A stretch of DNA of 60,603 bases, the filler included, from Sandaracinaceae bacterium (GTDB lineage Bacteria; Myxococcota_A; Polyangia; Polyangiales; JADJQN01): assembly GCA_947483975.1 (NCBI GenBank). It is 4 parts of 4 records of this genome, joined end to end, with 100 filler letters (N's around TTAATTAATTAA, not from the genome) between each part and the next. Parts side by side here need not be neighbours in the genome. Positions count along the whole stretch, not along the records: positions 45,576 to 60,603 come from CANKOL010000101.1; 3 more parts are not named here. The stretch is one strand, 5' to 3'. This document shows positions 46,614-54,917 of the stretch, piece after piece (within the stretch, counting starts at the first letter, position 1; each line of letters starts with the position of its first letter). The notes under the pieces are model-generated. The model was not told where the DNA came from. It searched no databases and saw only the letters and a list, made by a program, of their open reading frames with translations. Made by a program: the position numbers and the translations under genes.

Positions 46614-48467
46614 TCAGACGAGCGCGGCTCGCACCGCCGCGAGCAGCGCCGTCGCGCTGAACGGCTTGGCGAGCACGGCGCGCGCGTCCCACGCCGCCGT
46701 GCCGGAGGCCGCGCCGCGGAGCGGATAGCCCGACATGAACAGCACCTTGAGGCCCGGCTGTTGGCGCTTCAGCCGCTCGGCCAACACAGCCCCGGTCATG
46801 CGCGGCATCACCATATCGGTCAGCAGCAGGTCCACGGTCGTCGTCGCGGCGAGCGCCAGCGCCTGCTCGCCGTCCGCCGCGTCGAGGACGTCGTAGCCAG
46901 CGGCGGTGAGCGCGCGCCGCACGATCTTCCGAATCGCAGGCTCGTCCTCGGCGACGAGCACCGTCCCATGCGCGCGGCCCTCGCGCGGCGCAGGCGCGCT
47001 CGGCGGCGGAGCGACGGTCGGTGTCCCGCTCGCGAGGAAGAAGACCGTGAAGGTGGTCCCCTGGCCGACCTCGCTCTCGACGAAGACGTGTCCACCGCTC
47101 TGCTCGACGATGCCGTACACCGTCGCGAGCCCGAGGCCCGTGCCGCGGCCGACGTCCTTCGTGGTGAAGAACGGCTCGAACACATGAGTCAGCAGCTCAT
47201 CGGGGATCCCGACGCCCGAGTCCTCGACCTCCAGCGCGATGTAATCCTCGTCGCCGCCGACGCCCGCGCGCTCCGCCTCGTCCGCCGACACCGCGCGCGT
47301 CCGGACCGAGAGCGTGCCGCCGCCCGGCATCGCGTCGCGCGCGTTCAGCGTCAGGTTCATCAGCACTTGCTCGAGCTGCCCGCCGTCGAAGCGCAGCTGG
47401 AGGCGCTCGGGCGCGAGCGTGAGCTCGAGGTGCACGTGCTCGCCGATCAGCCGCCCGAGCACGCGCGTCGTGTCCGAGACGAAGCGATTGAGCTCGAGCT
47501 CCTCCAATCGCTGGCTCTGCTGCCGACTGAAGCTCAGCAGCTGCCGCGTGATCGAGGTCGCGCGCGCTGCGGCGTCGAGGATCGCCGTCGCGTCCTCGGC
47601 GGCGCTCCCGACCTCGAGGGCGTCGTCGCGCAGGAGCTCCGCGTGGCCCAGGATCACCGTCAAGAGGTTGTTGAAGTCGTGCGCGACGCCGCCGGCGAGC
47701 CGCCCGATCGCCTCCATCTTCTGCGCTTGAACGAGCTTCTCCTGCGCCTCGGTCAGCGAGCCGAGGCTCTCGGACAAGCGCAGGTTGGCGAGGGTCAGCT
47801 CGCTGCCGCGCGAGGCGAGCGCCCCCGTCAGCGCCACCGCCTCCAGCGTCCGCCCGACTTGGTTCGCGAGCGCGGACAGGAACGCCAGGTGTCGCGGCGC
47901 GAGCGGCTTGGTCATCACCGAGCGACGTAGCTGCGCGCTCTTCCAGGCGAACACCGAGACCACGCGCTCGGCGTCTCCGCTCGCCATGCGCAGCACCGCG
48001 AGCAGGGAGCCTCCAGCGGGCTCCTGCGGCAAGCCGAGCTCACCCGCCATGGCCAGCGCGGCGGTCACGGCGACGTGCTCGACGGCCCCGAGCGAGAGGA
48101 GCTCCGTCCGCTCCGAGGCGCGTAGCCAGCTCACGAGCGGCGCGTCCGAGTGCAGCACGGCCCGTCGCCCCGCGTCGTCCCAACCCTCTCCACGTTCCTG
48201 CCCGCGGCTGTGCGCGAAGGCAAAGACGCAGTCGACGTGGAAGCTCGCGCGCAGCAGGCGAATCACTCGCGCGACGACGTCGTCCTCGGCGTCGCTCGGC
48301 GATGCGCTCAGCGCGAACTCGGCGAGCGCGCGCGTGTTCGAGAGCTCTTCGTCTAGCTCCTTGCGCGAACGGAAGAGGCGCTGCTCCGTCCGCACGAGGA
48401 CCTTCAGTTGCTCGTCGAGCGCTCGATTCTCTTCGCGGAGTCGCGCGAGCTCGTCATCGCCGCTCAT
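46614..48467 (-). CDS. Cytoplasmic hybrid histidine kinase/receiver coupled to the FIST gene
   Basis: N-terminal coiled coil; 'QKMEAIGRLAGGVAHDFNNLL', 'EPFFTTK..GRGTGLGL', receiver 'VLVAEDE..DMVMP..KPF'; ATG overlaps FIST stop. Confidence 0.92.
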   Translation of the reverse strand: MSGDDELARLREENRALDEQLKVLVRTEQRLFRSRKELDEELSNTRALAEFALSASPSDAEDDVVARVIRLLRASFHVDCVFAFAHSRGQERGEGWDDAGRRAVLHSDAPLVSWLRASERTELLSLGAVEHVAVTAALAMAGELGLPQEPAGGSLLAVLRMASGDAERVVSVFAWKSAQLRRSVMTKPLAPRHLAFLSALANQVGRTLEAVALTGALASRGSELTLANLRLSESLGSLTEAQEKLVQAQKMEAIGRLAGGVAHDFNNLLTVILGHAELLRDDALEVGSAAEDATAILDAAARATSITRQLLSFSRQQSQRLEELELNRFVSDTTRVLGRLIGEHVHLELTLAPERLQLRFDGGQLEQVLMNLTLNARDAMPGGGTLSVRTRAVSADEAERAGVGGDEDYIALEVEDSGVGIPDELLTHVFEPFFTTKDVGRGTGLGLATVYGIVEQSGGHVFVESEVGQGTTFTVFFLASGTPTVAPPPSAPAPREGRAHGTVLVAEDEPAIRKIVRRALTAAGYDVLDAADGEQALALAATTTVDLLLTDMVMPRMTGAVLAERLKRQQPGLKVLFMSGYPLRGAASGTAAWDARAVLAKPFSATALLAAVRAALV

Positions 48468-49666
48468 CGTGTCGGGGGCGTCTCGTACACCGCGCAGAGC
48501 GCCACGGAGTAGTTGTGGAAGAACGGGACTCCATCGACGGGCGCGATCTCGCCGTACGTGTGCACGCCAATCCAGGGGATATCTGCTCCCAAGATCGTCT
48601 GCAGCGGCTCGATCAGCTCGCTCGCCGCGAGCTCCCCGAAGAGGATCCGCCCGCGCCCTGCACAGTCGAATTGCAGCACGAACGCGGGAGTCTGCCCCGG
48701 TGCGGCTTGCCTCAGCGCCGCTGCGCATTCGGTCCCGCTGCCGCGGATCAGCTCCCCGTCTCGGCGAGTCACGCGCACCCTCGTGCCGGTCTCGATGCCG
48801 CCTCCCGGGAAGAACAACGCCCCGTTCTCCTTGTCGAGGACCATCGGAGTGCGAATCACATATCGCGGAGTGTCGCTCGAGAGCATGCGTCGGATATCGA
48901 CTCCGATGCAGAGGTAGATGATCCCCTCCGCGGTCAGGTCCTCCGGGTCGCCGTCCAGGTACTCCTTGAAGACCTCCCACGCGGGGAGCCCATCGATCGT
49001 GAAGACCCAGCCGTCCTGCGCGCGCGTGACGACGCGGTCGAGGCCGACGGTGGTGCAGCCGTGGCTCACGCCGACGTGCAGCGTCGCCGCGCCCCGGAGG
49101 ACGAAGCCCGCGACCGCATCGGAGACCACGCGCTCGTCGAGGTACTGGTGCGTCTTCTCGAAGAGCATCGCGTCGCCCGCGGAGCCCCCGACGATCGGCA
49201 CGCTCCTCGGCAGCTCCGCCGCGAGCCCGTCGATCAGCGCGCTCGCGTTGCCTCGAATGCCGTCCGGCAGGATGACGACGCACACCGGAGCTGCGCCGTC
49301 GACGGGGCCGCACAGCGTCGCGATGGTGCGCCCCGCCCCCGCGGGATCCGCGTGATAGCCCTCGACCAGGAATGGCTCGAAGCGCACTGAGTCGCTGCTC
49401 ACCGCGAGCACGGCGACGGCGAATTCGACCTCGTGTGTCGCGCTCCCCCCGATGACGCCTTCCCCAGAGCACCCCGAGAGGCGCGCGCCCGGGAGCACGC
49501 CAGCAATCGCCGCGAGCACCTCCGCCTGCGGATATGCCCCCGTCGCGAAGACGAGCGCGAACGTCGCCGCGTGGTCGCCGAGTGAGCGAGATGCCGCCTC
49601 GGCGGCTGCTCGGCCTGCCTCGCTCGCATCTGTATGCCGACTCACGCCGACGGCTGCCCTGAGCAT
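48464..49666 (-). CDS. FIST-domain signal protein (NosP-like)
   Basis: FIST_N 'GCSGEG', 'GGSAGD'; FIST_C 'FDCAGRG', 'GVHTYGEIAP...FHNYS'. Confidence 0.9.
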   Translation of the reverse strand: MLRAAVGVSRHTDASEAGRAAAEAASRSLGDHAATFALVFATGAYPQAEVLAAIAGVLPGARLSGCSGEGVIGGSATHEVEFAVAVLAVSSDSVRFEPFLVEGYHADPAGAGRTIATLCGPVDGAAPVCVVILPDGIRGNASALIDGLAAELPRSVPIVGGSAGDAMLFEKTHQYLDERVVSDAVAGFVLRGAATLHVGVSHGCTTVGLDRVVTRAQDGWVFTIDGLPAWEVFKEYLDGDPEDLTAEGIIYLCIGVDIRRMLSSDTPRYVIRTPMVLDKENGALFFPGGGIETGTRVRVTRRDGELIRGSGTECAAALRQAAPGQTPAFVLQFDCAGRGRILFGELAASELIEPLQTILGADIPWIGVHTYGEIAPVDGVPFFHNYSVALCAVYETPPTR

Positions 49667-49803
49667 GTCTTCCTATTCCGCGCTAACTCGCCGCTCGACG
49701 CGGTCCCCGGGAAAGGGAGCTGGAACACCAGAATATCGCAACCGCGGCCGTGCGTCGATAGCGACGGCGGCGTGCGCGCGCGACGCGACCGCGCCCACTC
49801 GCG

Positions 49804-51780
49804 TCAGTCCGGCGCGAGGAGCGCCGCCGTGATGATGTTGAGCTTGTAGCGCTCCTTCGCGATCTGCTGAATCGCCGCGGCGATGTGGGGATTGTCGCGG
49901 AGGATCCGGCTGAAATCGGCCCGCTGCAGCACGAACAGATCGCACGCCCGGCGCGCGCGCACGTCGGCGGTGCGTGGCTTCGACATCAACACGCCGATCT
50001 CTCCGAAGATGTCCCCGTCGGACAGCACCTTGAGCACCTGCCCAGTGTCGCTCAGCACCTCGACCTTGCCGCGCGCGAGCAAGTAGAGCTCCTGACCGAG
50101 CTCGCCCTTGCGGATGATCAGCTCGCCCGCCGCCACCTGCTTCGAGCGCAGCGCCATGATCACCTGCTCGAGGAAGACCATGTCGCCGTCCTTGAAGAGC
50201 GGCACCTTGCGCAGCACCTCCTCGGTGACGACCTCGTGCCAGCGGCGCCCGTCCTTCGCGACGAGATCCGCGGCCGCCTTCGGCCCCCAGCTGCCGCGCG
50301 CGTAGTTCGGAAACTCCGCGGGCGTCTCCGCCCAATGGTCCATGATCGGCTGCGCGACGCGCCACGCGGCCTCGACGAGATCGCCGCGGGAGAAGAGCGT
50401 CGCGTCCCCGTGCGAGCACGCGTAGAGCATCACCTCGTAGCCCGTGTAGCGCGACGCCTTGAACGCGTCGCCGTACGCGAACTTCATGTTGACCGGCTGG
50501 AGCCTCATCGTCGGCCCGGGGATCTTCGCCTGGAACTGAATCTCGATGCCCTGATACGGCTGAATGTGGAAGATCAGCCGATTCGCGTTGAGGGCGGGCA
50601 CCGCCGTCCCGCGAAAGAGCACCTCGGGTGCCTTCTTGAACTCGACGATGATCTCCGTGCCGCGCTTCCACAGCGCCTTGCCGGAGCGCAGGTAGATGGG
50701 CACTCCCTCCCACCGCCAATTGTCGATGTGGAGGCGCGCCGCAGCGTAGGTCTCCGTCTTGGACGCCGGATTGACGTCCTTCTCCTCACGATAGCCGGGC
50801 TTGAGTGGGTTGCCCTTGTCGTCGACGGAAGGGCCGTATTGGCCGCGCACGACGAAGCGCTCGACCTCTTCCGCCGAATACGCGCGGACCGACTCGAGCA
50901 GCTTCGCCTTCTCGTTGCGGATCGCGTCAGGCGCGAACGAGCCGGGGACCTCCATGCACAGATACGCGAGCATCTGGAACATGTGATTCTGCATCATGTC
51001 GCGGAGCACCCCGGAGGAGTCGTAGTAGCCAGCGCGTCCGCCGACGTCGACCGCTTCGGAGACGTTGAACTGGATGTTGTCGATGTAGTTCTTGTTCCAG
51101 AGCGGCTCGAACATCCCGTTCGAGAAGCGGAACGCGAGCAGGTTCTGGACGGTCTCTTTTCCGAGGTAGTGATCGACTCGGTAGATCTGGTCTTCACGCC
51201 AGTTGGCGAGCACGTCCTCGTTCAGCTTCAGCGCGGACGCGAGATCGGTGCCGAAAGGCTTCTCGACGATGATGCGCTTCCAGCCGTCGCCGTCCTTGAA
51301 GCCGCTCTGATGCAGGTTGTCGCAGAGCAGTCCGAAGAAGCGCGGCGCCGTCGCGAAGTAGAAGAGCACGTTGCCCTCCGCCGCGTACTCCGCGTCGAGT
51401 CGCTTGACCTCGCCCTTGAGCGTCTCGAACACGCCCAAGTCGCTGAACCCGCCTTGCACGTAGTGAAAGCGGCTCACGAGGTCGTCCCAGACGTCCTGCT
51501 CGAACTCGCCGCGCGTGTGAAAGGCCTTGATGTCTTCGCTCATCCGCGCCCGAAAGGACTCGGTCGTCAGGGCGTCCATCGCCGTCCCGAGCAGCGCGAA
51601 GCCCTTCGAGAGCAGCCCGTCGCAGGCGAGGTTGTAGAGCGCGGGCACGAGCAGGCGCTTGGTGAGGTCGCCTGACGCACCGAAGATCAGCATCACGTGC
51701 GGCGCGCACGACGGACTCGCCTCAGGCGCGTCGGCGCCGAGCGTGCGGAGGACTTGAGCGGCGGGGGCGTCGGCGGTCAT
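49804..51780 (-). CDS. zwf: Glucose-6-phosphate dehydrogenase with C-terminal cyclic-nucleotide-binding domain
   Basis: 'GASGDLTKR', 'EKPFG', 'RVDHYLGKETVQN', 'RDMMQNH'; C-terminal 'VPLF...IIRKGELG..LY....G.VEV...FGEIG....PRTADV'. Confidence 0.95.
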   Translation of the reverse strand: MTADAPAAQVLRTLGADAPEASPSCAPHVMLIFGASGDLTKRLLVPALYNLACDGLLSKGFALLGTAMDALTTESFRARMSEDIKAFHTRGEFEQDVWDDLVSRFHYVQGGFSDLGVFETLKGEVKRLDAEYAAEGNVLFYFATAPRFFGLLCDNLHQSGFKDGDGWKRIIVEKPFGTDLASALKLNEDVLANWREDQIYRVDHYLGKETVQNLLAFRFSNGMFEPLWNKNYIDNIQFNVSEAVDVGGRAGYYDSSGVLRDMMQNHMFQMLAYLCMEVPGSFAPDAIRNEKAKLLESVRAYSAEEVERFVVRGQYGPSVDDKGNPLKPGYREEKDVNPASKTETYAAARLHIDNWRWEGVPIYLRSGKALWKRGTEIIVEFKKAPEVLFRGTAVPALNANRLIFHIQPYQGIEIQFQAKIPGPTMRLQPVNMKFAYGDAFKASRYTGYEVMLYACSHGDATLFSRGDLVEAAWRVAQPIMDHWAETPAEFPNYARGSWGPKAAADLVAKDGRRWHEVVTEEVLRKVPLFKDGDMVFLEQVIMALRSKQVAAGELIIRKGELGQELYLLARGKVEVLSDTGQVLKVLSDGDIFGEIGVLMSKPRTADVRARRACDLFVLQRADFSRILRDNPHIAAAIQQIAKERYKLNIITAALLAPD

Positions 51781-51843
51781 GGGGCGGAGTTCCTTCTCGT
51801 CAGCGACACGGGGCACCGGGCACGGGACACGAGGCACGAACCG

Positions 51844-52593
51844 TCAACGTCGGCGCTTCTTCGCGAACAACACCCCGGCGAGCACGACGAGTCCGGCGAC
51901 GGCGCCGGCGCCGAGCACCATCCAGAACGACCTCGCCGCGACGACTCCCTCCGGCGGATTGTTCATGCCGAAGACCGCGACGAGCGTCGCGAGCGGAAAG
52001 AAGAACGCGACGAGGCGATTGAGCGTGCGCGCCTCGAGCGTCGCCTCGAGCGCGAGTCGAGCCTGCTCCTCGGAGCTACGCGCCAGCGAGAACTCCATGC
52101 CCGCTCGCGCGTCGTTCGCGACGAGATCCACCGCGCGCTCGACGTCTGCGGCGCGGTCGCGCGCGTTGATCAGCGCGTGCTCGTCGGGCTCCGCGTTCCG
52201 TCCGGCGTCGATCGCCGCGAGCAGGTGTCGGCTCGAGCGCAGCAGCGGATTGACCCAGCGCAGCACCGCGAAGTAGTCGGCAGGTGTCGACGCGCTCTCC
52301 ACCTGCTGATCGAGCGCGTGAATGCTCTTCGCGTACGAGTCGAGGTGCGCCTCGAGCGCCGCGAGTCCGCCGGCCTCCGGGCTGCTCTGCCACTCGCCGT
52401 CGGGCGCGCGCCAGAAGAACGCGCCGTGCCGCACCTCGTCGTCGTCGGGAGTCGGCGTGCGGTGCAGGACGAGCAGCAGGTGTCCCTCCGCGCTGATCGC
52501 GCGCTGACGCCCGGCGGCATCTCCGAGGCGCTTGGTCACCGCCTCGGGGAGCACCCAGCTTGTCGGGAGAAACGAGCGACCTTCGTTCGGCAT
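51844..52593 (-). CDS. Short CorA-like membrane protein
   Basis: Helical domain then two TMs with 'FFFPLATLVAVFGMN' GMN motif. Confidence 0.7.
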   Translation of the reverse strand: MPNEGRSFLPTSWVLPEAVTKRLGDAAGRQRAISAEGHLLLVLHRTPTPDDDEVRHGAFFWRAPDGEWQSSPEAGGLAALEAHLDSYAKSIHALDQQVESASTPADYFAVLRWVNPLLRSSRHLLAAIDAGRNAEPDEHALINARDRAADVERAVDLVANDARAGMEFSLARSSEEQARLALEATLEARTLNRLVAFFFPLATLVAVFGMNNPPEGVVAARSFWMVLGAGAVAGLVVLAGVLFAKKRRR

Positions 52594-52666
52594 CGGGCCC
52601 GAGTCTAGGTGGATGCGCGCCGCGCGTCACCGTCCGTCGCTGCGTGCCGCGCGATCGGCGCCGTGC

Positions 52667-52738
52667 GCTCAGCCGCTCAGCCGCTCAGCCGCTCAGCCGC
52701 TCAGCCGCTCAGCCGCTCAGCCGCTCAGCCGCTCAGCC
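52667..52738. repeat. 8-bp microsatellite (GCTCAGCC)x9 overlapping amylase stop
   Basis: Nine perfect tandem copies counted. Confidence 0.95.
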
Positions 52739-54026
52739 CCTCGCGCACCCAGACCGTCCACTCGCCCCGCTTCTCGTGCGCGACGACCCAGCCCGCGCCA
52801 GGCCCGGTGTAGTCGGAGCCGATCGAAAGCGCGAGCGCGTCCTTGCCGTGCGCGTCCTGCACGATCCCGGCGAAGCCCGAGTGCGCGTCGCAGAGGTCGG
52901 TCCACTCCGACGCGGCGACGATGCCCGCGCGCTGCCGAGCGGCGATCAGCGCGGCGATCTCCTCGCGCATCCCCCAGTCGAAGCAGTCGGGCCAATAGAC
53001 CGAGGGCGTGCCCGGCATCGAGAGCACGAACGCATAAGCGCTCGACTTGAAGTGCGGCGGACACTCCCAGTGTCGCTGCCCGCTGCCCGCGGCACAGGAG
53101 GGAGAAGCGCCGGTGTCGTGGTTGTCCACGTAGGTGACCGCGACCTCGCGGTCGCCGCGTCGTCGGCTCGCGTTGAGGCCGAGTCGCAGGTTGCGTGGGT
53201 CCGCCGTCTGGACCTGCTTCTTCAGCAGGACGTCGTAGGCGCAGCTGCGCGTGTCGCACGCCCAGCCGACGATGCGCGCTCGCTCGTGCGTGCCATAGCG
53301 CTCGATCATCGGATCATCGGGTCGCGTCGGGTCGCCCTGCCAGTACTCGCCCATCGAGAAATACGGCGCTTTCGGGGTCTCCTCGAGGAGCGCGATGACG
53401 TCCTCGACCGAATAGCCCCAGACGAAGTCCCAGCGATATCCGTCGACGCCGCACTCCTCGAGCAGCTCGTTCATCGCGGCTCGGATGCGCGCGTGCACGA
53501 CGGGATAGTCGAGCGCGAGGTCGTTCTCGCCGCGGTCGAAGCCGCCGCCCGTGTCGTGCCCGCCGACCGCCCAACAGGGGCCCGGCCACTCCCACACATC
53601 CTCGCGCATCCTGCTCTTGTCGCGGTGGTTGATGACGACATCGACGATCACGCGCACGCCGAGCGCATGCAGCTTGGTGACCAGCGCGGTCAGCTCAGCC
53701 TTGCTGCCATAGCGGGAGTCGAGGTCGAAGTCGTGCCAGAAGTAGCCCTCCCCGCCGCCGCTCCGCTCGCCCGATTGCCACTCCGAGTCATCCCGCCAGG
53801 GCGGCGGCAAATAGACGATCGTGAAGCCGAGCGCCGCGACCTGCTCGGCCATATCCGTCAGGACTCGATACCAGGACTCCGCGCGCCCATCCATGGTGCC
53901 CGTGCCGCGGGTCTTCACGAGGTTCCAGTGAAACGCCTGCAGGATGACGTCGCCGCCGTCGCCCCGCGCGATCTCGTGGCCTGGGAGCCGATCGACGGTG
54001 CGCCGAGACAGGATGGGCGGGTGCAT
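52725..54026 (-). CDS. GH13 alpha-amylase, maltotetraose-forming (G4) amylase-like, no signal peptide
   Basis: 'DVILQAFHWN', 'GGGEGYFWHDF', 'DVVINH', catalytic 'RWDFV', 'GEYW', 'VDNHDTG'. Confidence 0.87.
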   Translation of the reverse strand: MHPPILSRRTVDRLPGHEIARGDGGDVILQAFHWNLVKTRGTGTMDGRAESWYRVLTDMAEQVAALGFTIVYLPPPWRDDSEWQSGERSGGGEGYFWHDFDLDSRYGSKAELTALVTKLHALGVRVIVDVVINHRDKSRMREDVWEWPGPCWAVGGHDTGGGFDRGENDLALDYPVVHARIRAAMNELLEECGVDGYRWDFVWGYSVEDVIALLEETPKAPYFSMGEYWQGDPTRPDDPMIERYGTHERARIVGWACDTRSCAYDVLLKKQVQTADPRNLRLGLNASRRRGDREVAVTYVDNHDTGASPSCAAGSGQRHWECPPHFKSSAYAFVLSMPGTPSVYWPDCFDWGMREEIAALIAARQRAGIVAASEWTDLCDAHSGFAGIVQDAHGKDALALSIGSDYTGPGAGWVVAHEKRGEWTVWVREGLSG

Positions 54027-54111
54027 GGTGCCGCCAAGATACGCGAGGCGAGGGCGGCGCGCGCGCTCCCGCTCCATGAGCGCGCGCACCCTTACGTGCC
54101 GAGGTGGGAGC

Positions 54112-54663
54112 TCAGGCGGTCTTCGCGGCCTTCTTGGCGTCCCTCTTGGTCGCCTTGGCGTCCTTCTTGGTCGCCTTGGCGTCCTTCTTGGTCGCCTTGA
54201 GCTCCTTCTTGGCCGGCTTCTTCTCCGCCTTCTTGGCGGCCTTCTCCGCCTTCTTGGCGGGCTTCTTCGCTGGCTTTTCCTCGGCCTTCTTCTCGGCCTT
54301 CTTCGGCGCCCGCTCCCAGACGCCGAGCGCGGCGCCGTTCGGATCGACGAACACGCCGACCGCGCCCATCTCCCCGATGGACCTGAACGGCGCGATGATC
54401 TTGGCGCCCGCCTTCTCGGCCTTGGCGAGGGTCTTCTGGACGCTCTCGACCTCGACGTAGGCAAGCCACGCGGTGGGCATCCCAGGCATCGGCTTCGCTT
54501 GGATGCCGCCTCCCGCCGTCTCGTCGCCGCAGTCGATCATCGTGTACGGCGAGCCCGGGCCGGCCATATCCGTGATCTTCCAGTCGAACAGCTTCTTGTA
54601 GAACTTCTTCGCCCCGGCGACGTCGTCGGTGCTCAGCTCGAGGTGCGCAAACGGATTTCCCAT
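54112..54663 (-). CDS. VOC/glyoxalase-family protein with Lys/Ala-rich C-terminal tail
   Basis: 'FAHLELSTDDV..AKKFY..LFDW', 'GGGI', 'W.AYVEV', 'DPNGA.LGVW'; tail of PAKK/ATKKDAK repeats. Confidence 0.88.
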   Translation of the reverse strand: MGNPFAHLELSTDDVAGAKKFYKKLFDWKITDMAGPGSPYTMIDCGDETAGGGIQAKPMPGMPTAWLAYVEVESVQKTLAKAEKAGAKIIAPFRSIGEMGAVGVFVDPNGAALGVWERAPKKAEKKAEEKPAKKPAKKAEKAAKKAEKKPAKKELKATKKDAKATKKDAKATKRDAKKAAKTA

Positions 54664-54917
54664 GTCGTTCTCCCAGCCGTGTGGCGCAGCGACCGTAACA
54701 CGGCGCCGCGCGCGCTGGCCTCTCTGCTGCGGTTCACGACGGCCGCGGGCGCGCAGCGCCGGCGAGGCGGGCGAACGAGCGAACAGGCGAGAGACGACGC
54801 ATGGCACTCCCCGTGGCTGCAGGCCTCCGACCGCTGGGCCCATGCGGAGCTTGGCTCGCGGTGAGCCGTACGACGACAGGACGGCGCCCGGCGCGAGGAC
54901 CGACTATCTTACGCGCC

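Noticed and set aside
46614..49472. 952-aa kinase as a FIST-kinase fusion or frameshift
   Set aside because: The extension is an alternate frame of the FIST gene; the real start 48467 overlaps the FIST stop in normal coupling
35346..51780. Single pentose-phosphate gene cluster tkt-tal-zwf
   Set aside because: zwf is across an artificial linker; tkt and tal are on opposite strands with unrelated genes between
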